Shown piece after piece: positions 41,007 through 53,900 of a DNA stretch of 64,000 bases (the stretch's first letter is position 1; each line of letters starts with the position of its first letter). Location: positions 47,908-111,907 of the forward strand of contig BDGG01000012.1 of NCBI GenBank assembly GCA_001949185.1, read 5' to 3'. The notes beneath the pieces are model-generated. The model did not search any database. It had not been told where the DNA came from and saw only the letters and a list, made by a program, of their open reading frames with translations. Source of the DNA: Ramazzottius varieornatus. Lineage: Eukaryota; Animalia; Tardigrada. The position numbers and the translations under genes were made by a program.

Positions 41007-41547
41007 ACCTGATAGGTATGTCTCTTGGCTTACTATGAAGAGCAGGAAGAGATGCCATGAACCCCTCCCTGGAGCTAAAGAAAATCCTGAAAGCGTGGAG
41101 CCATTGTCTACTCTATATAGCACCACCAAGTTCTTGGGATGTCTACTGGTCGTTGTATCGAGGGTAGCATGGAGTTACCGGCAGCAAAAACGAAGTGAAT
41201 GTACTCCTGAACACCTTTACTGTTTCAGGTAAGTCAAAGAAAGTTTTCGATTTTTCATCGGCATTTTCCTCAGAGACCACCACGGGAGGAAACATCGATG
41301 AAAATCGAAAAATTTTTTGCCTTGCCTGAAACCGTAGAAATGTTTGGGAGTACATTTACTTCGTTTTTGCTGCCGGTGACTCCATGCTACCCACGATACA
41401 AGGACCAGTAGACACCCCAAGAACTTAGTGGTGCTATAAAGGGTAGACAATGGCTCCACGCTTTCAGGATTTTCTCTAGCTCCAGGGAGGGGTTCATGGC
41501 ATCTCTTCCTGCTTTTTATAGTAGGCTAAGAAGCCTGCCTATCAGGT
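41007..41547. repeat. Long inverted repeat (arms ~262-265 bp, 14-nt loop); candidate hairpin RNA
   Basis: 41007-41271 is the reverse complement of 41286-41547 at roughly 88-90% identity by hand alignment; no TSD seen. Confidence 0.95.
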
Positions 41548-42214
41548 CTCAAAGTATATGATCGAAGGACCAAGGTGTTCAGACCTATTGATAAAAAGAT
41601 TCAGAAGCTATGTCGTACTGTAGTCTCAAAGGACCTTGCCAATTGCGAACGGTTGCCAATGGCTTTAGCTTCTTTCAAGCGAAATGCTGCTTGGTTTTCT
41701 AAGACAACGGTAGATGAAAAATGCTACGATGCATAGCGTGAGCGACGAGCAACAAATTGCTGGCTTATGTTGTGCGAGTTCTACGAAGTCGTCAGGAAGG
41801 AGTGCGAATTTCCGCAAGCTATCCCAGGAACCCACCCATATCGCTGCAGGCGCCACCTCGAGCCAGGCAGGCCTCATGAGCAACCGCCAGGTACATTGCA
41901 TCATATGGTCCTGGACCATCAGAAAATGCTGTGGCGACGTCACGAGAGTACATGGAGAGAACGCGTGGAACCCGAACGACAGCCATACCAATTTAACTTT
42001 TCTGGATTCATCTGTCTTTATCAGATTGACTGATCGGGGTGCAGTTTTCCACTGATACCGACTGATCAGGGTTGCAGTTTAAAGTTTTCACTTTTCAGCC
42101 AAGTTGGAGTGTAATCTCTCCATTCTTCCACCAGACATCTTCGGGACAGGTAATCGTATCGTTCCTCTACATAATAGTCGTTGATAACACATTAATAAAC
42201 CTGCTTTCAGCGTG

Positions 42215-44169
42215 ATGGCGAGGCGGACGAACGGAACCGCCATTCGCAACCGCGCGGAAGATGAGAGTGAAGAAGATGTCGATTCTGGTTGGGCATGGGT
42301 TGTACTCGCTGCTTCCTTCGTAGCAAACGCCATAACGCTGGGAACAAATTTCGCCTTCAGTGTCTTCTACGCAGAATGGATCGACTATTTTGGCAAAGGA
42401 CCTACGGCCACTTCCATGCTCCTCTCCATGAGCGCGGCTTTGGTTCTGGCAGCTGGTAAGACTTCTTTTGTCATCGTTTTCCTACGCTGTATGATTCGCC
42501 ACAGACACGCATGACGTCAGTCTCTCTGTATGATTTCCAATGAAACCGGACATCGACGTGACGGCTCCAATATCTCTGACGTCATGCGCGAAGCTCTCTT
42601 ATTGTCTCGTAGCATCTCGGTTTTCTCTGCTCGCCAAAGTCTTTCTCCCGTTTTTTCATCCTTAGTATTGTCCTGTTTCAGGTGCACCTGCCAGCATTCT
42701 GGCCAACCGATTTGGTGCTCGAGCGGTGATAATGGTCGGAGGCTTGCTCTCGGCGGCGGGATTTGGAGCTAGCGCTTTCGTCAACAGCTTCGAGCTGCTC
42801 TTCCTGACTTACGGGCTCATGACAGGTATCCGCAAGGCTTGATATCTGTCACATCACATTGGCTTTTATTGGTCTGACTTTTTACCGAGCTTAAGAAATT
42901 TCGTCTACAGGTCTCGGCAACGGCTTGGCTTACGCTCCTTCCTTTGGCGTTCTACCACTGTAACAAAACAGCTCGAGCGAAACGAAACGTCAGCATGATT
43001 TTCTTCGAGCTAATCCCGATGATTATGTTCTTTGCAGCTATTTCCGCAAGCGGCGAAATTTCGCCACCTGTAAGTTCATTATACTTGAAGAATTCAATCA
43101 AAGCTCGCAAGACGAGGATTCGATTTTTCTCTGGCACGTAAAGCTGACCGGCTATTTTTCACAGCCATCGTCACTGCCGGTAACGGAGTGGGCATCGTCC
43201 TCTTCTCGGTCCTCTTCCGCCACCTCATCACGACCTACACATGGCGCGGAGCCATGCTCATCAACGGGGGTATTGCCTTGAACCTCATCCCGTGCGGCGC
43301 GGCCATCTTCAAGCGCCAGCCCCGTTCGGCCACTTCCGGTGCGGCGCAGTTCGCTGAGCTGTCCCTCTTCAAAGAGGCCTCCTACTACATTTCCATGGCC
43401 CACTTCCTCTTCATGGGATCTCAGTACATCTTCGTAGTCTACTGTCTCAAGTACGCTCAAGACGAGCTGCACATAACCAAAGAAAAAGCAGCCATGATTG
43501 TGTCGATTATGGGTGCAGCCAATATCGTCGGTCGCTCTTTGGTGGCATTCCTCAGTGTCAGTCCGAAGTTGGCCTCGACACAGAATAGGTTCTTCTTCCT
43601 GCATTTCATGTCGCTGTGCGTGGCTGTTACGATAGCTTGCTATCCGCTTTGTCATACGTACATTACGGCCTGTGTTATGGCCGGTCTTGTGGGTCTGTCG
43701 TGGGGAACCAAGTTCTCCCTCACACCGGGACTGCAAATGGATGTATCTTCAGCCAAACGCTTCCAAGCTGCGTGGGGATACCTCGTCTTGATTCTAGGCA
43801 TATCGTTTTTCGGATTCCCTCCGATAGCAGGTACGTTCAAAACTATCCATATTCAGGAGCTTAACAAACTCAGCCAGATTGTTTTTCCGAGTGGCGCATG
43901 TGATGGTAAGTGCGCCACTTGGGAAGAATGACCTTATCGAGTTGTTGGCCTTTATCGTGTTGTTATCTTATCCTGCTTATTTTTTTTTCTCTGCTTTAGG
44001 CGAAATAGCGAAGTTGACTGGTACATTCGCCAGCGCCTTCTACTTTTCCGGTTTGATGTCTCTGGTGGCGTTCTGTTTCTGTCCGCTCCTTCATTTCCTA
44101 TGGTGGAAGAAGTATTCCGCCAACGCACAAGAAACCAAACGCGATCACATACTCCTAGGACCTTCTTAA
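42215..44169 (+). CDS. Monocarboxylate transporter (SLC16, MFS), 6 exons including a 32-nt exon (43038-43069)
   Basis: DSGWAWVVLAASF, ANRFGAR, GLGNGLAY.P, YFRKRR, AGNGVG, WRGAMLI, GRSL, PPIAG. Confidence 0.92.
43874..43934. repeat. AAGTGGCGCAC element with a shortened 10-nt spacer, SLC16 last intron
   Basis: gagtggcgcat 43889-43899 / gtgcgccactt 43910-43920. Confidence 0.8.
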
Positions 44170-44404
44170 AGGACCGAAGGATGTAAGCTTGTTTCTTCTC
44201 TATTTTGTTGACATTTTCCTTGCCTAAAATGTTGTACGGAAAAATACAGTTCAAGTGGCTTTTCCGTTCGGTGTAGAGATTACTGTTGATGAATCTCTTC
44301 TACTTAGCATTACGGTGATTTGTCACCATGTTAACAACTTTGAATTCTTCGCTTTTTTGAACCGTGAAATTGCAATTGGTTCAGGAACTTCAATCGCAAA
44401 CTGC

Positions 44405-45443
44405 TCAGTAAATTCTCCTGTCTGCTATTCCAGCCACAGAAGATCCTTGGTTCTTCACTATGAACCCAGGTCTTCCCGGTCTAGCGAGACTATCCGATTC
44501 GTACGGAGCAGCGTTGATAGGCTGCTTGAGTATCTGGTCGCCGCGTTGTACCAAAAGGTATCGCTGGACAGGAATGTCCGGGATCGTTGGCGTGTGGGTC
44601 GTAAACCCGAAGATGTCTTCTGCGATGCACCGGCAAGTGGCTTGAATGCCATAAGCAAATTGCAGCTTCGGATAGGCTTCTCGCTTCAGGAACAGGATGC
44701 AGGCTTCGAGGGATAGGATGTCGCCGGGTAGGCAGCGGAACCTCTGGGACTTGAATGGTGGGAAGGGAACGGTTTGTTCAAGAACGATGGAACCATAGAG
44801 CGTCTTCGTGTTCGGTACTACGATACAGAGAATGATAACTCATAAAAAAACCCAAAACTTCGTCGAGGAAGTACGACGTACTGCAGTCGATATAGTTAGG
44901 ACAGCATCCGTCCGCCGTGGTTCCATTGACGTAGCATCGCTGGCCAACGGGCGGCATCCGGCAAATGTTGTAGCAGTTGCCGATTTGGTAGCGACCTTCA
45001 TTGGTCCGCATGCAGCTGCACTGCAGAGAGCATGGCCTCTTCAGGCTGACGGTTCCACCGGGAAACTTGCAATTGCCAGAACGTATTTCATCGCCTGCGA
45101 ACTGATAGAACGCATTAAAGAACCATAATTATGATAGACCATCATGGTGAAGTTAGCTGCGCTGACTGAGACAGCCAGCCGAACACGAGGATCTGCTGTT
45201 GCATCCAACGTAGGAAAATTACTCACAGCCGTAGACGTAAGAGATGAGGCCTTCAGATTCCTGAAGCACCGGAATTTTGAAGAGTTCCTGACGGAAGCCT
45301 GGACATGTGATCGGAGTCGCCGAGAACTCAACCAATGGAGTATTATCAGGAGTCACCGTGGTGCTCTCCGGTTGTGAAGAACCCAACGGAAGATAAACGG
45401 ATATAATGACGACACAAATTATGCCGCCGGTATTTACTTTCAT
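44405..45443 (-). CDS. Secreted protein with a VWC/SVWC-type Cys-rich domain and an unknown C-terminal domain, 3 exons (45227-45443, 44882-45094, 44405-44817), 280 aa
   Basis: Signal-like N-terminus IICVVIISVYLPLGSS; PCSLQCSC...C...C...C...GCCP..DC pattern; phase-consistent introns; exon 3 is open for 137 codons and absent from the ORF track. Confidence 0.78.
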
Positions 45444-45717
45444 ATTTTTCTCAATAAACATTCAGAAATATCAACGAAATAACCGGTGAAACTTCTGCAT
45501 AGCATGAACAAAAGCCCAACAAGGGATCAACCTGCGCACAATGTACCGCAGTTCTAGACTCCGTAGTAGTGTGCTGATTCAAGGTCGAAATAATTGACTT
45601 GACTGAACTACTCAACAATCCTCACTCAAACCTTGTCACAGTTCGAAGAACATACTAACCGTCATTGATCAAACTGTTACTGTGAGTGATGGTTCCCAAC
45701 TTTCATGCGGTACGCCA

Positions 45718-47283
45718 TTAGTCACGGTCGGCTTGTTGTCGCCCTGCTTCAGCTTGTGGCATCCACAGGTGGAATTTGCCTTCGTCCATGCTCTTCCGAA
45801 TGTCCCGGAAGAACTTGAGATACTCATTCAGGTTATGTCTGCAAGAAACGACGTGGGTCTTCACTCTTCAGGCTGCCACACTGTGATCAAGTTGCCAAAA
45901 TTTGACACATTCAAAAACCTACTTACATCATCAGAAGAACACCGGCGTTGATTTCCTCGCACGCAATCAGATGGTGAATGTACGCTCTGGTATACTTTTC
46001 ACACGTGTAGCATCCGCATCTCGTGCTCAAAGAAGTCAAGTCATCGAAATACCTGTCAGAAACGGAAGGTTAGCTTGAAATATTCTTTCATCGTCATGGA
46101 ATATTCCTTCGAGTACTGCTTTTCGTATAGTTGCACTAACCCTTTCTCTGACATTGTCCAGACTTCGAAACAGAAATCTCCCGTCCGTATCAGCGCTTGG
46201 CCTCGATCAGCTAATGCAGCTGGATACGACGTATCAAAGACATCCACACCCATTCTCACCAACTGCACAACAGCCGTCGGTGAGAGTGGTGCATGGATGA
46301 ATCTCGGTTTATCCTTCGGTAGAGACCTTATCGACTCCCGAATCAGTGCTTCGTGTGGTCCAAATAGGCTACTTCCGGTAACTTCCCATTCCTTCCACTT
46401 GGCTATCCACCCAGACCCAAAGCCATCTATCACGAAACCGTCCACCTTTCTGTTAGCTGCCTCTAGACAGAAATTTTTCCTTCTCCAAGGATCACTGCCT
46501 CCGCCAACGGTGGCTAGTACAGGGTAGTGCGAGGAGCGGTCTTTCATCAGCTCTAGACAGCGATCTAACCACCGTAGAGAACTGTCGTAGGACTTGGTCA
46601 AACGTTGGTTCGAGGAACCTTCCATCTCCGTATCCATATCACACATGATCTGAACGGAGTCCGGCTTGAGCTTGTCTTGCATATCCATGAACTGTTCCGG
46701 CGTGAGCTGAAAAGCAATATAAAAACACGAAATAGACGCCCGTTGAAAGAACGACCATCCAACTTTCCCAAGTGGCGCATGCTTCCAGCTGATACCATTG
46801 AGAATGTGCGTTGGTTGGGAAAACGATCTGGTCGATTATTCATATCTGCTGCATTTCTTCCCTCTTACATATGTATAATACAACGGAACGTACCTTCTTC
46901 TTACCCGTACGATTCCATATCCCTATCGTTGCTTTCTCATTCATCGCGGGTTTCAGCGGAACGAGTGGATCGTGCAGACTCATATAAACGACGGAAGATG
47001 GATATCCAACGAATGCGCCGACTGACTTCTCGTAGCCGGCCAGCGCATCGGCGAAGACCGACGCCGTGGAAAGCGTCATGTTCAGAGGTATACAGGATAG
47101 TGAATCTTTGACATACTGCAGATCGTCCGGTGTAAGGTGAGGAATACTGCCGAAGTGTGTATGGAAGAAACAGCCGGGTGTCTCCACTTGGCACTCTTGT
47201 CCGGACTGGCCACGAAGCTTCAGTACGCCGCGACGAATCACTGGAAATTCTGATGAGGATACTTCATTGACCGAAAACTCCAT
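45718..47283 (-). CDS. QTRT2: Queuine tRNA-ribosyltransferase accessory subunit, 4 exons
   Basis: ETPGC..HT..GSIPHLT, SLPKDKPR, GVDVFDTSYP, Zn site CGCYTC..YTRAYIHHL, HNL..Y..FF..IR. Confidence 0.92.
46752..46834. repeat. AAGTGGCGCAC-N25 element, QTRT2 intron 1
   Basis: Left arm 46770-46780, 25-nt spacer, right arm partly decayed, aaaacgatctggtcg. Confidence 0.82.
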
Positions 47284-47757
47284 CTCTTTCCGTAGGAAAT
47301 CAGTTTTCTGTCTGTATAACGAACAGGACGACATCGAAGTGGCTAACCAAACGCCGGTAGAGTACGCTTATATATTACGCACCTAACTTCGGTCATCCGG
47401 CTCCGCAGTGCGAACAAGTACCGCATTCACCAGAGTTCAAGTTATCGGCACACCGAAGGCACAAGCATTTAGCTTCAGGATAAAGCAAGTGCTGTGGACG
47501 GATCGTTTGCTTCCCTGGTGATTCGCGAGAAGCAATCGATCTGAGACTTCTGAGTTAGCCAACGGAGAAAAAACGTAAACAAACTCGAAAAAGTTCGAGT
47601 CCTCAAATCTCGAAACTGCGATAACATGATCGAGCACCATCAGGTTGTCATTGGCCAGTTTAACGAAGCCCAGCATGTAACTGGATGAATTTCTATTAAA
47701 TTCCGTCTAGCGGCAAAAGCGCAAACCCTTTTTTACCGCACCGTGCTGTGCAGAGTG

Positions 47758-48382
47758 TGGTGCTGGCAAGTGGCAACGATACGGTATATCGATATCGTAT
47801 CGAAATATATCGAATCTTTTCGATACAATATGCGGCAGATATCGTGCCGAAAATATCGACATGAAGCTTATATCGAATAACGCAATGGAATATTCGGCGA
47901 TATCGTATCGCGCCATATCGATATATTTTCGATATATCGGTATTTTGCTGAATGGCAAACTAGCCAGTGACATCTCGTTTACGGAAGACTATGGTTGATT
48001 CCAAAACCTGATTTTGGCCATGGTGTACCGAGCACACTCCGCCCATTCGGTTCTGGTACTAATTCTGTCCAGGTTTCCATGTGTTTGAAGTCTTGGTATA
48101 ATCATGTCTTTGCTGCATCTGACGCTTTCGATCTTACTAATACTTTATGTGGAAATCGGCTTCCTGAGGTTTTGGGCTTGAACCAGTGGAATTCCGAAAA
48201 ACTAAAATTCCAGAAATATCGATATTGCTGCGATATGATGCGATATATTGAAAATACGGTATCGGTAAAATATCGCATCGAAATGTCGATATCGAATGAA
48301 TATCGAAGACCGCAATAAAATATCCGCCGATATTGTATCGAAAAATATGGTATTGAATTCTATCGTATTTTTGCCAGCGCTA
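47758..48382. mobile_element. hAT-type MITE (625 bp) with CGATA-rich subterminal repeats
   Basis: TIRs tggtgctggcaa / ttgccagcgcta; exact 8-bp TSD GCAGAGTG at 47750-47757 and 48383-48390; many (T)ATCG/CGATA motifs near both ends. Confidence 0.9.
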
Positions 48383-48524
48383 GCAGAGTGCCAGAGACCG
48401 GAGTCTGCAGACCAGTCTCCTTCAGCTTCGATTCTTTCTGCACCTTCACTCACGAACCTTCGGTGATAATCATCGACCGTTTGTTTAGTACAGTACTTGC
48501 AAGCCCTTGAACAGCTAAGCGGTG

Positions 48525-49693
48525 ATGGCAGCCGTCTCACCTTGTATAACACGCTGCCTGCGTCGACCTTACATGCGGACTGTGCTTTCTTCTCCCTTCA
48601 ACGACACATCGGTTTCCAGCTTCCACAGCGATGCACCATTGTGCGTGTCCGGAGTTCCCCAGTGGGTAGCCAACAGCAAGATCACTCGCAAGGCTAACAA
48701 GCAGCTGACCAAGATGATTAACAGGACTGTCGAACGGTGAGGACTAATTATAATAGTTGTTCTCCGAAGCGCGTTTCTTGGCTATTCTTCTGTTTCGCAG
48801 CGAGAAAATAAGGAAATCAGCAGGCCAGATGATGGATCCTACAAAGGTAGGAATTGTGAATTTTCGCTGAGTTTTTCAGTGCACCAATGCAGTTAGAACG
48901 TGTGGTCAGAAGTGGCAACTTAATATTATCTGGTTGCAGTTCGAATACGACACTCCATGGAGCTCCCATCGTGTTCGGGAGTTCGAGCCAAGACGGGTCC
49001 GGGTAGTCGAGCATCTTCTAATGAGCCACATCTCGGAACTTTTAGCTACTGAAGAGTTCAGCTCGGACTTCGTCGATCTGTCTGTCGAAATAACTACGGT
49101 AAGCGTCTTTTCCTGCCGCCGAAGAAGATCTCAAGCCGAGTTGTGGTTTATCTCGCACCACTTCAGGTCCAGCTTGCGAAAGGCTATGGTCTCGTCAACG
49201 TTCTCTGGATTCCCATCAACAACGCGCCAAACCAAGTTGCCTACGATAAACTACGCGCCTTGTCCGCTCGCTTGCGGTTCGTGTTTACGAAACAAGTAGA
49301 AACTGTCGTACTGGGTATGTATGGGCGTTCTGTTTGCATAGGCAAGAGCTAAACGCAATGCAGCTCATGGGTAAAGTTCCCCGGATAGAGTTCGTGCAGG
49401 ACCGGACCGCCACTAGGTTACGGGAACTCGAAGCGAACTTCAGCCAAGTTGAGTTCGACCAGCCACCCGCCGACGGACTTGACTTCACAGAAGGGGACAT
49501 CATGGAGATAACGGTGTCGGCCCACCCGGTGAAAGGAGTCCAGACGACGGTGACAGGCACGGAAATTAACCCTCTCGACTTCGGAGATCTTCCGGAGAAG
49601 CGTCACGACCTTGGCGGACTCGATCGGGATGCCATGATGAATCAGCTCATTGGAACAACCAACAAGCCGTTCAAAAAACCTGCTCGAGCCTAA
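48525..49693 (+). CDS. RBFA: Mitochondrial ribosome-binding factor A, 5 exons
   Basis: Arg-rich transit-like N-terminus; RRVRVVEHLLMSHISELL, VEITTVQL, VNVLW, LRQEL..MGKVPRIEFVQDR. Confidence 0.82.
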
Positions 49694-50373
49694 TCAGGGT
49701 TATACTTTCGTTTTTGTTCGATAATGAGGGTTTTGTCGAATTGGAAGATCGGCTCTTTTCTGTGTTTTGTGTCGTCCTTCAGCTACCTGGATACAGCGGG
49801 CTGTAATTCTAACGAGGCGGGTCGGTATGCAGGTGTGTGGGATCTGGTGTGATATTGTTCGCTGAACGCTCGGTTGCTCCGTTTGTTTGGGTTTGAATTT
49901 TACATTCTCAAGAAGAAATAACGGTAGATAAAAGACATCGAGACCAGAAAAAAACTAGAAATAAAGCGAGAGATTCGGAAGACTGGCAGCATCTTCCAGC
50001 TAACAAAGATACTGCGAATATCTTGAAACATGCAAAAACGCGTACAAAGAGAGCAGAAAAGGTAAGGAGTAAGTAATACAACGTACTGTACTACTGAAAG
50101 TAAAGCTTCTACAAACTGCAAATAATATCCAAATAGATTCGTTAGACTGGAAAATATGACACTTGGCGCAGAATGCATTCTGCAGTTGAGATTCTAACAA
50201 ACGAGATTTGGTCACTGGAGAAAAAGAGGCAAAACTTTGGAGGTAATAGCTAAGAGAAATCAAATAGGTTTAAACGTCAAGGCATAAAAAGAAGATAACG
50301 TGGGTCTCGACGCATTGCATGCGGGTCAATACATCGCTCGTTGAGTTCACTTCCCGCATGCTCTTTCTTGCTT

Positions 50374-53300
50374 CTAATATCCACGGTAGGTCGCCGTAGA
50401 GTCCACCAAAGTATTGGACGTGTTGGTCCATTCCAGGGACGAGTTCGAGTTCCCACCGACCTCCGAAACCCCGTCGAAGTCGTGCAGAAGGTTCGTGATC
50501 AGAACAATGTTATTGTTCGTTGCTGAAACAAAATCATACGTTAAATAATTTTCTTCGTTTTCATTCTCAAACTTTATTCCGAAAGACGGGTGCTCTAATG
50601 TCCACTTCACAAACTAATCACTGACTATAACTGGGAGGTCGGCAAACAGACTCGACCAAATCGTCTTCCCAAGTGGCGCAAGTTTCCAGCCAATACTAAT
50701 GCGAACGCGCGCTCAAGAATGATCTGACCGAGTTTATCTGCCAGGCTCCCCACTTTCTTGAACCTACCGGCGGTGATCAAGTTTCCTTCGTCGGTGAGGA
50801 AAAGTCCGCAGCAGCGACTAACCTGTAAGAAGAAAACATTTCAAGCAAGAACCGCTAGAAGAATGAATGGTCAAGAACAATGGCTTCTTTGCACGTACCT
50901 TCATGTGCGGAAGTTCGTAGTCCGCCGCCAATTTTCCTTGAGGAGTCCAGACCGAGACATGGAAGCGGTTCCCGTGAGTGTCCGCCACGATGACGTCTCC
51001 GTTGTCAGAGACATCAATACCATTGGGATAGAAAATTATCCCCGGGAAGTCGCTGCCGATTCTCTGCAGCTGCTTGCCCTGATTGTCAAAGACACAGACA
51101 CAGTGGCCTAAAAAGTCACAGATGTAAAAAGTATCGTTATGGACGAGGATGTCCGACGGTTCGTCCATGGACTGCTCCAGCGAGAAGTTGAACAGGATCC
51201 GGCCTTCTTGCGTTAAGACCAGACACTGCGAAGGCTGGTTCTCGACCGCCACGATCTGAAAATATGCCGAATAAAATAACACAAACACTAGAAGACCGGC
51301 AAAGGAAACGCACAACACCGCGTCACCTCAAGTGGCGTACGCTTCCAGCCAATTTTTATTGGAAAGCGTTTGTTAACTTTTGAGAACTTCTGTTGCTTAT
51401 AAGCGGTAGATGGGAAACCGTGTAGTGAGATGTTACGTACCAAGCCACGGTAGACTGTCAAGCCCACAAAGAGCGCCCCGCGAACTTGGCGCACTTGCGT
51501 CAAGTAGATGCCTTCTCGGGAGAAGATCTGCAGACGAGAGCACTCGCGACCTCGATCGCTGACGACCACCCGGTTCATGTCTTCGATGAAAGCCACTTTT
51601 CGTGGCTGCCACAAGCGACCTTTGCGATAGCCACTAGTACCCCAAGACATCAACAAAGTACCTTTCTGGTCGAAGATCTGGATGCGATTGTTCATCGTAT
51701 CTGTAAAAACCCGGGAAAGTTGATCTTTCAAAATTCCGCTTCTCATAGAAGAAAAGTTGTTCTCTTGTACCTGCCACGATAATTTCTCCTTTGATTCCCA
51801 GGCAAAAGCCATGGGGAGAATCCAGCTCTCCTGGAGCAGCACCAGTCTCTCCGAAGCGAGACCTATGATAAAACGATAAAAATCACTATCATATTCTGAC
51901 AATTCGAGGACAGCTTTTTCAGTGGTTACTGTGTTCAAGTCTGCTTACAGCATTTCCAGTTCTTTTCGTGGGATCAATTGTCGATCGCTCGCCTGTTTCG
52001 ATACTGCAGTCTTCCCACCGGCCGAAGAACCATGGCGTCCGCCAGCACCATTGCGATCGTTTCTGGGCGAAGCTCCTCGATCGGTGCCATAGTTGCGGGT
52101 GCTCTGACGAGTACCGGACTGTATTCCACTCATAGTATTAAAGCCCGACTGGGAGGTTCGTACGATGTTCGAACCCTGGAAGTAGTCGCTGTTGCTGGTA
52201 TTGCTACCCCCGCCACCGTACAGCAAAGACTGGCCACCAAAGGACGCCACCGAGCTCGCGCCGCTGTTACAGCGATGTTGTCCAAATGGCGTTTCCTGAG
52301 CCAACTGTCTTCCGTAATCCGCATCTGGAAAAACAGAGACATGAGAAGAGACAGAAGCCTGCACTGATGCACCACACGACTTCAAGAAAAGCGACCCAGA
52401 GACTTGAAACGTGAGAAACTGCAAAAACGAGCTCTACAGTCAACGTCAATATCCTGCAACACAGACTGACTTGATTGATGGAAGGTGACACAGTGCAATA
52501 GGATGTCACTACAAGTGACGGGAATGAAACCAATCAAACTAAACGCAGCCAGCATCATTTTGAACCCTAGTGCAGATTATTTTGAATGAGTTGATCTTCC
52601 CCCGTAGCGGGATGATCAAGAGCTGATCTTAACTTTCTAAAACGGCCAAGTTGACCCGCCTCGCGAACTAATAACTATGGCCGTAAAAGAATCGATAAAA
52701 AATGTTGGATGGGTTGGCCAGGAGGCTAAAAGTACCACCCATCGGTAGATGAAACAGAGCTTAATCAAACGGTAGCACGAACAAGAGCTACTGAACAATT
52801 CTACATCAACCGTGGTCCGTGAAGAGATCTCAGAACTTACATGGATTCTGGTATCGCCCAGCGTTCTTGTCATTCCGAGCGTATTCTGGCGAGCTCTTGG
52901 AAGATCTGGGACTGTAGGTGTCACTTCCCGAAGACCACGGAGAAGAGTAGTGCCCGTTGACCTGCTTGGTTGGCTGTGACGAATAGCTGGACCAGTTGTT
53001 GGATTGCGCCCTGCCCGGAACCGAACGATTATTCCGATCCACCAGAACACCTCCCGCGGACCAGTTGGGCTGGTTACGGACAGCATAGTGCAGGACAGGA
53101 GATCCAGGAGGAAACGGCGACAACGGTGGGTGGGGAATGCCCGTGTCACAGCTGCACTGGAAGCGACTTCGGTTACCGGAAGACGACGACGAAATGGCCG
53201 ACGAAGCGAAAGGATTTTCCATAAAGTTGTTCGCTTGCGCGCCTACAAAACATATCCACGAACTGGTCAAAGTTCAGAGCATGGTCTTTCTTACCTCCGA

Positions 53301-53595
53301 AGGCTCCGTTGTTGACGAATGGTCCTGTAAGCTGGTTGGTGGAGGCAGGACGAGTAACTGACGAAGGATCGGCCATGGAGTCATTCCCCAACAAGTTTGC
53401 CACTTCGGCAGCGTCCCAATCGTACGTCTTCAAGCCATCGCCGTTCTTCAGGGACATGGAAGAGAAGGCTCGCGATGCGGAGGAGACGGCTTCGGATGAA
53501 GGGGACGTCGTGGTGCCGTAGAAGAGGTTGTTGTTGCTGTTGAGATTGGCCAAGCCGTAACTTCCGGTGTAGTCGCGCGTTGTCGTGCTGGTCAT
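50374..53595 (-). CDS. mei-P26: mei-P26-like NHL-repeat protein with a long S/N/G-rich N-terminus; true 5' end uncertain
   Basis: [77 protein letters not shown]. Confidence 0.8.
50632..50752. repeat. AAGTGGCGCAC-N25 element with outer arms, mei-P26-like last intron
   Basis: tgggaggtcggcaaacagactcg...aagtggcgca(50671)...cgagtttatctgccaggctcccca. Confidence 0.83.
51328..51380. repeat. Degenerate AAGTGGCGCAC element, mei-P26-like intron
   Basis: aagtggcgtac 51330-51340 followed by spacer consensus gcttccagccaat. Confidence 0.7.
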
Positions 53596-53850
53596 GCTAG
53601 TAAAATTGGTCAGTCTAAAACAAGAAAAAGGATAAAACGAAGCGGGAAATAAAAGATGTCAAGACAAAGAAAACATCTAGGCTCATCGTCCATTCATTTC
53701 CGGCGATGAGCTAATTCAATCTGGAACAAAACAGACGCGAACAAAAACAAAGATGGCGAAGATGAATGGCGTCGCTACTTGCGAGCACGTGCTGAAAAGG
53801 TGATCTGCAAAAACTTCTGATTTCGCGTTCTGGCTTAATTGATTTCCGGC

Positions 53851-53900
53851 NNNNNNNNNNNNNNNNNNNNNNNNNNNNNNNNNNNNNNNNNNNNNNNNNN
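53851..53900. other. Assembly gap (50 N)
   Basis: Run of N; true gap length unknown. Confidence 1.

Noticed and set aside
41665-42055. Three overlapping 88-113 aa ORFs next to the hairpin
   Set aside because: No frame is favoured, no homology recognised, and I found no in-phase splice from the 41228 donor.
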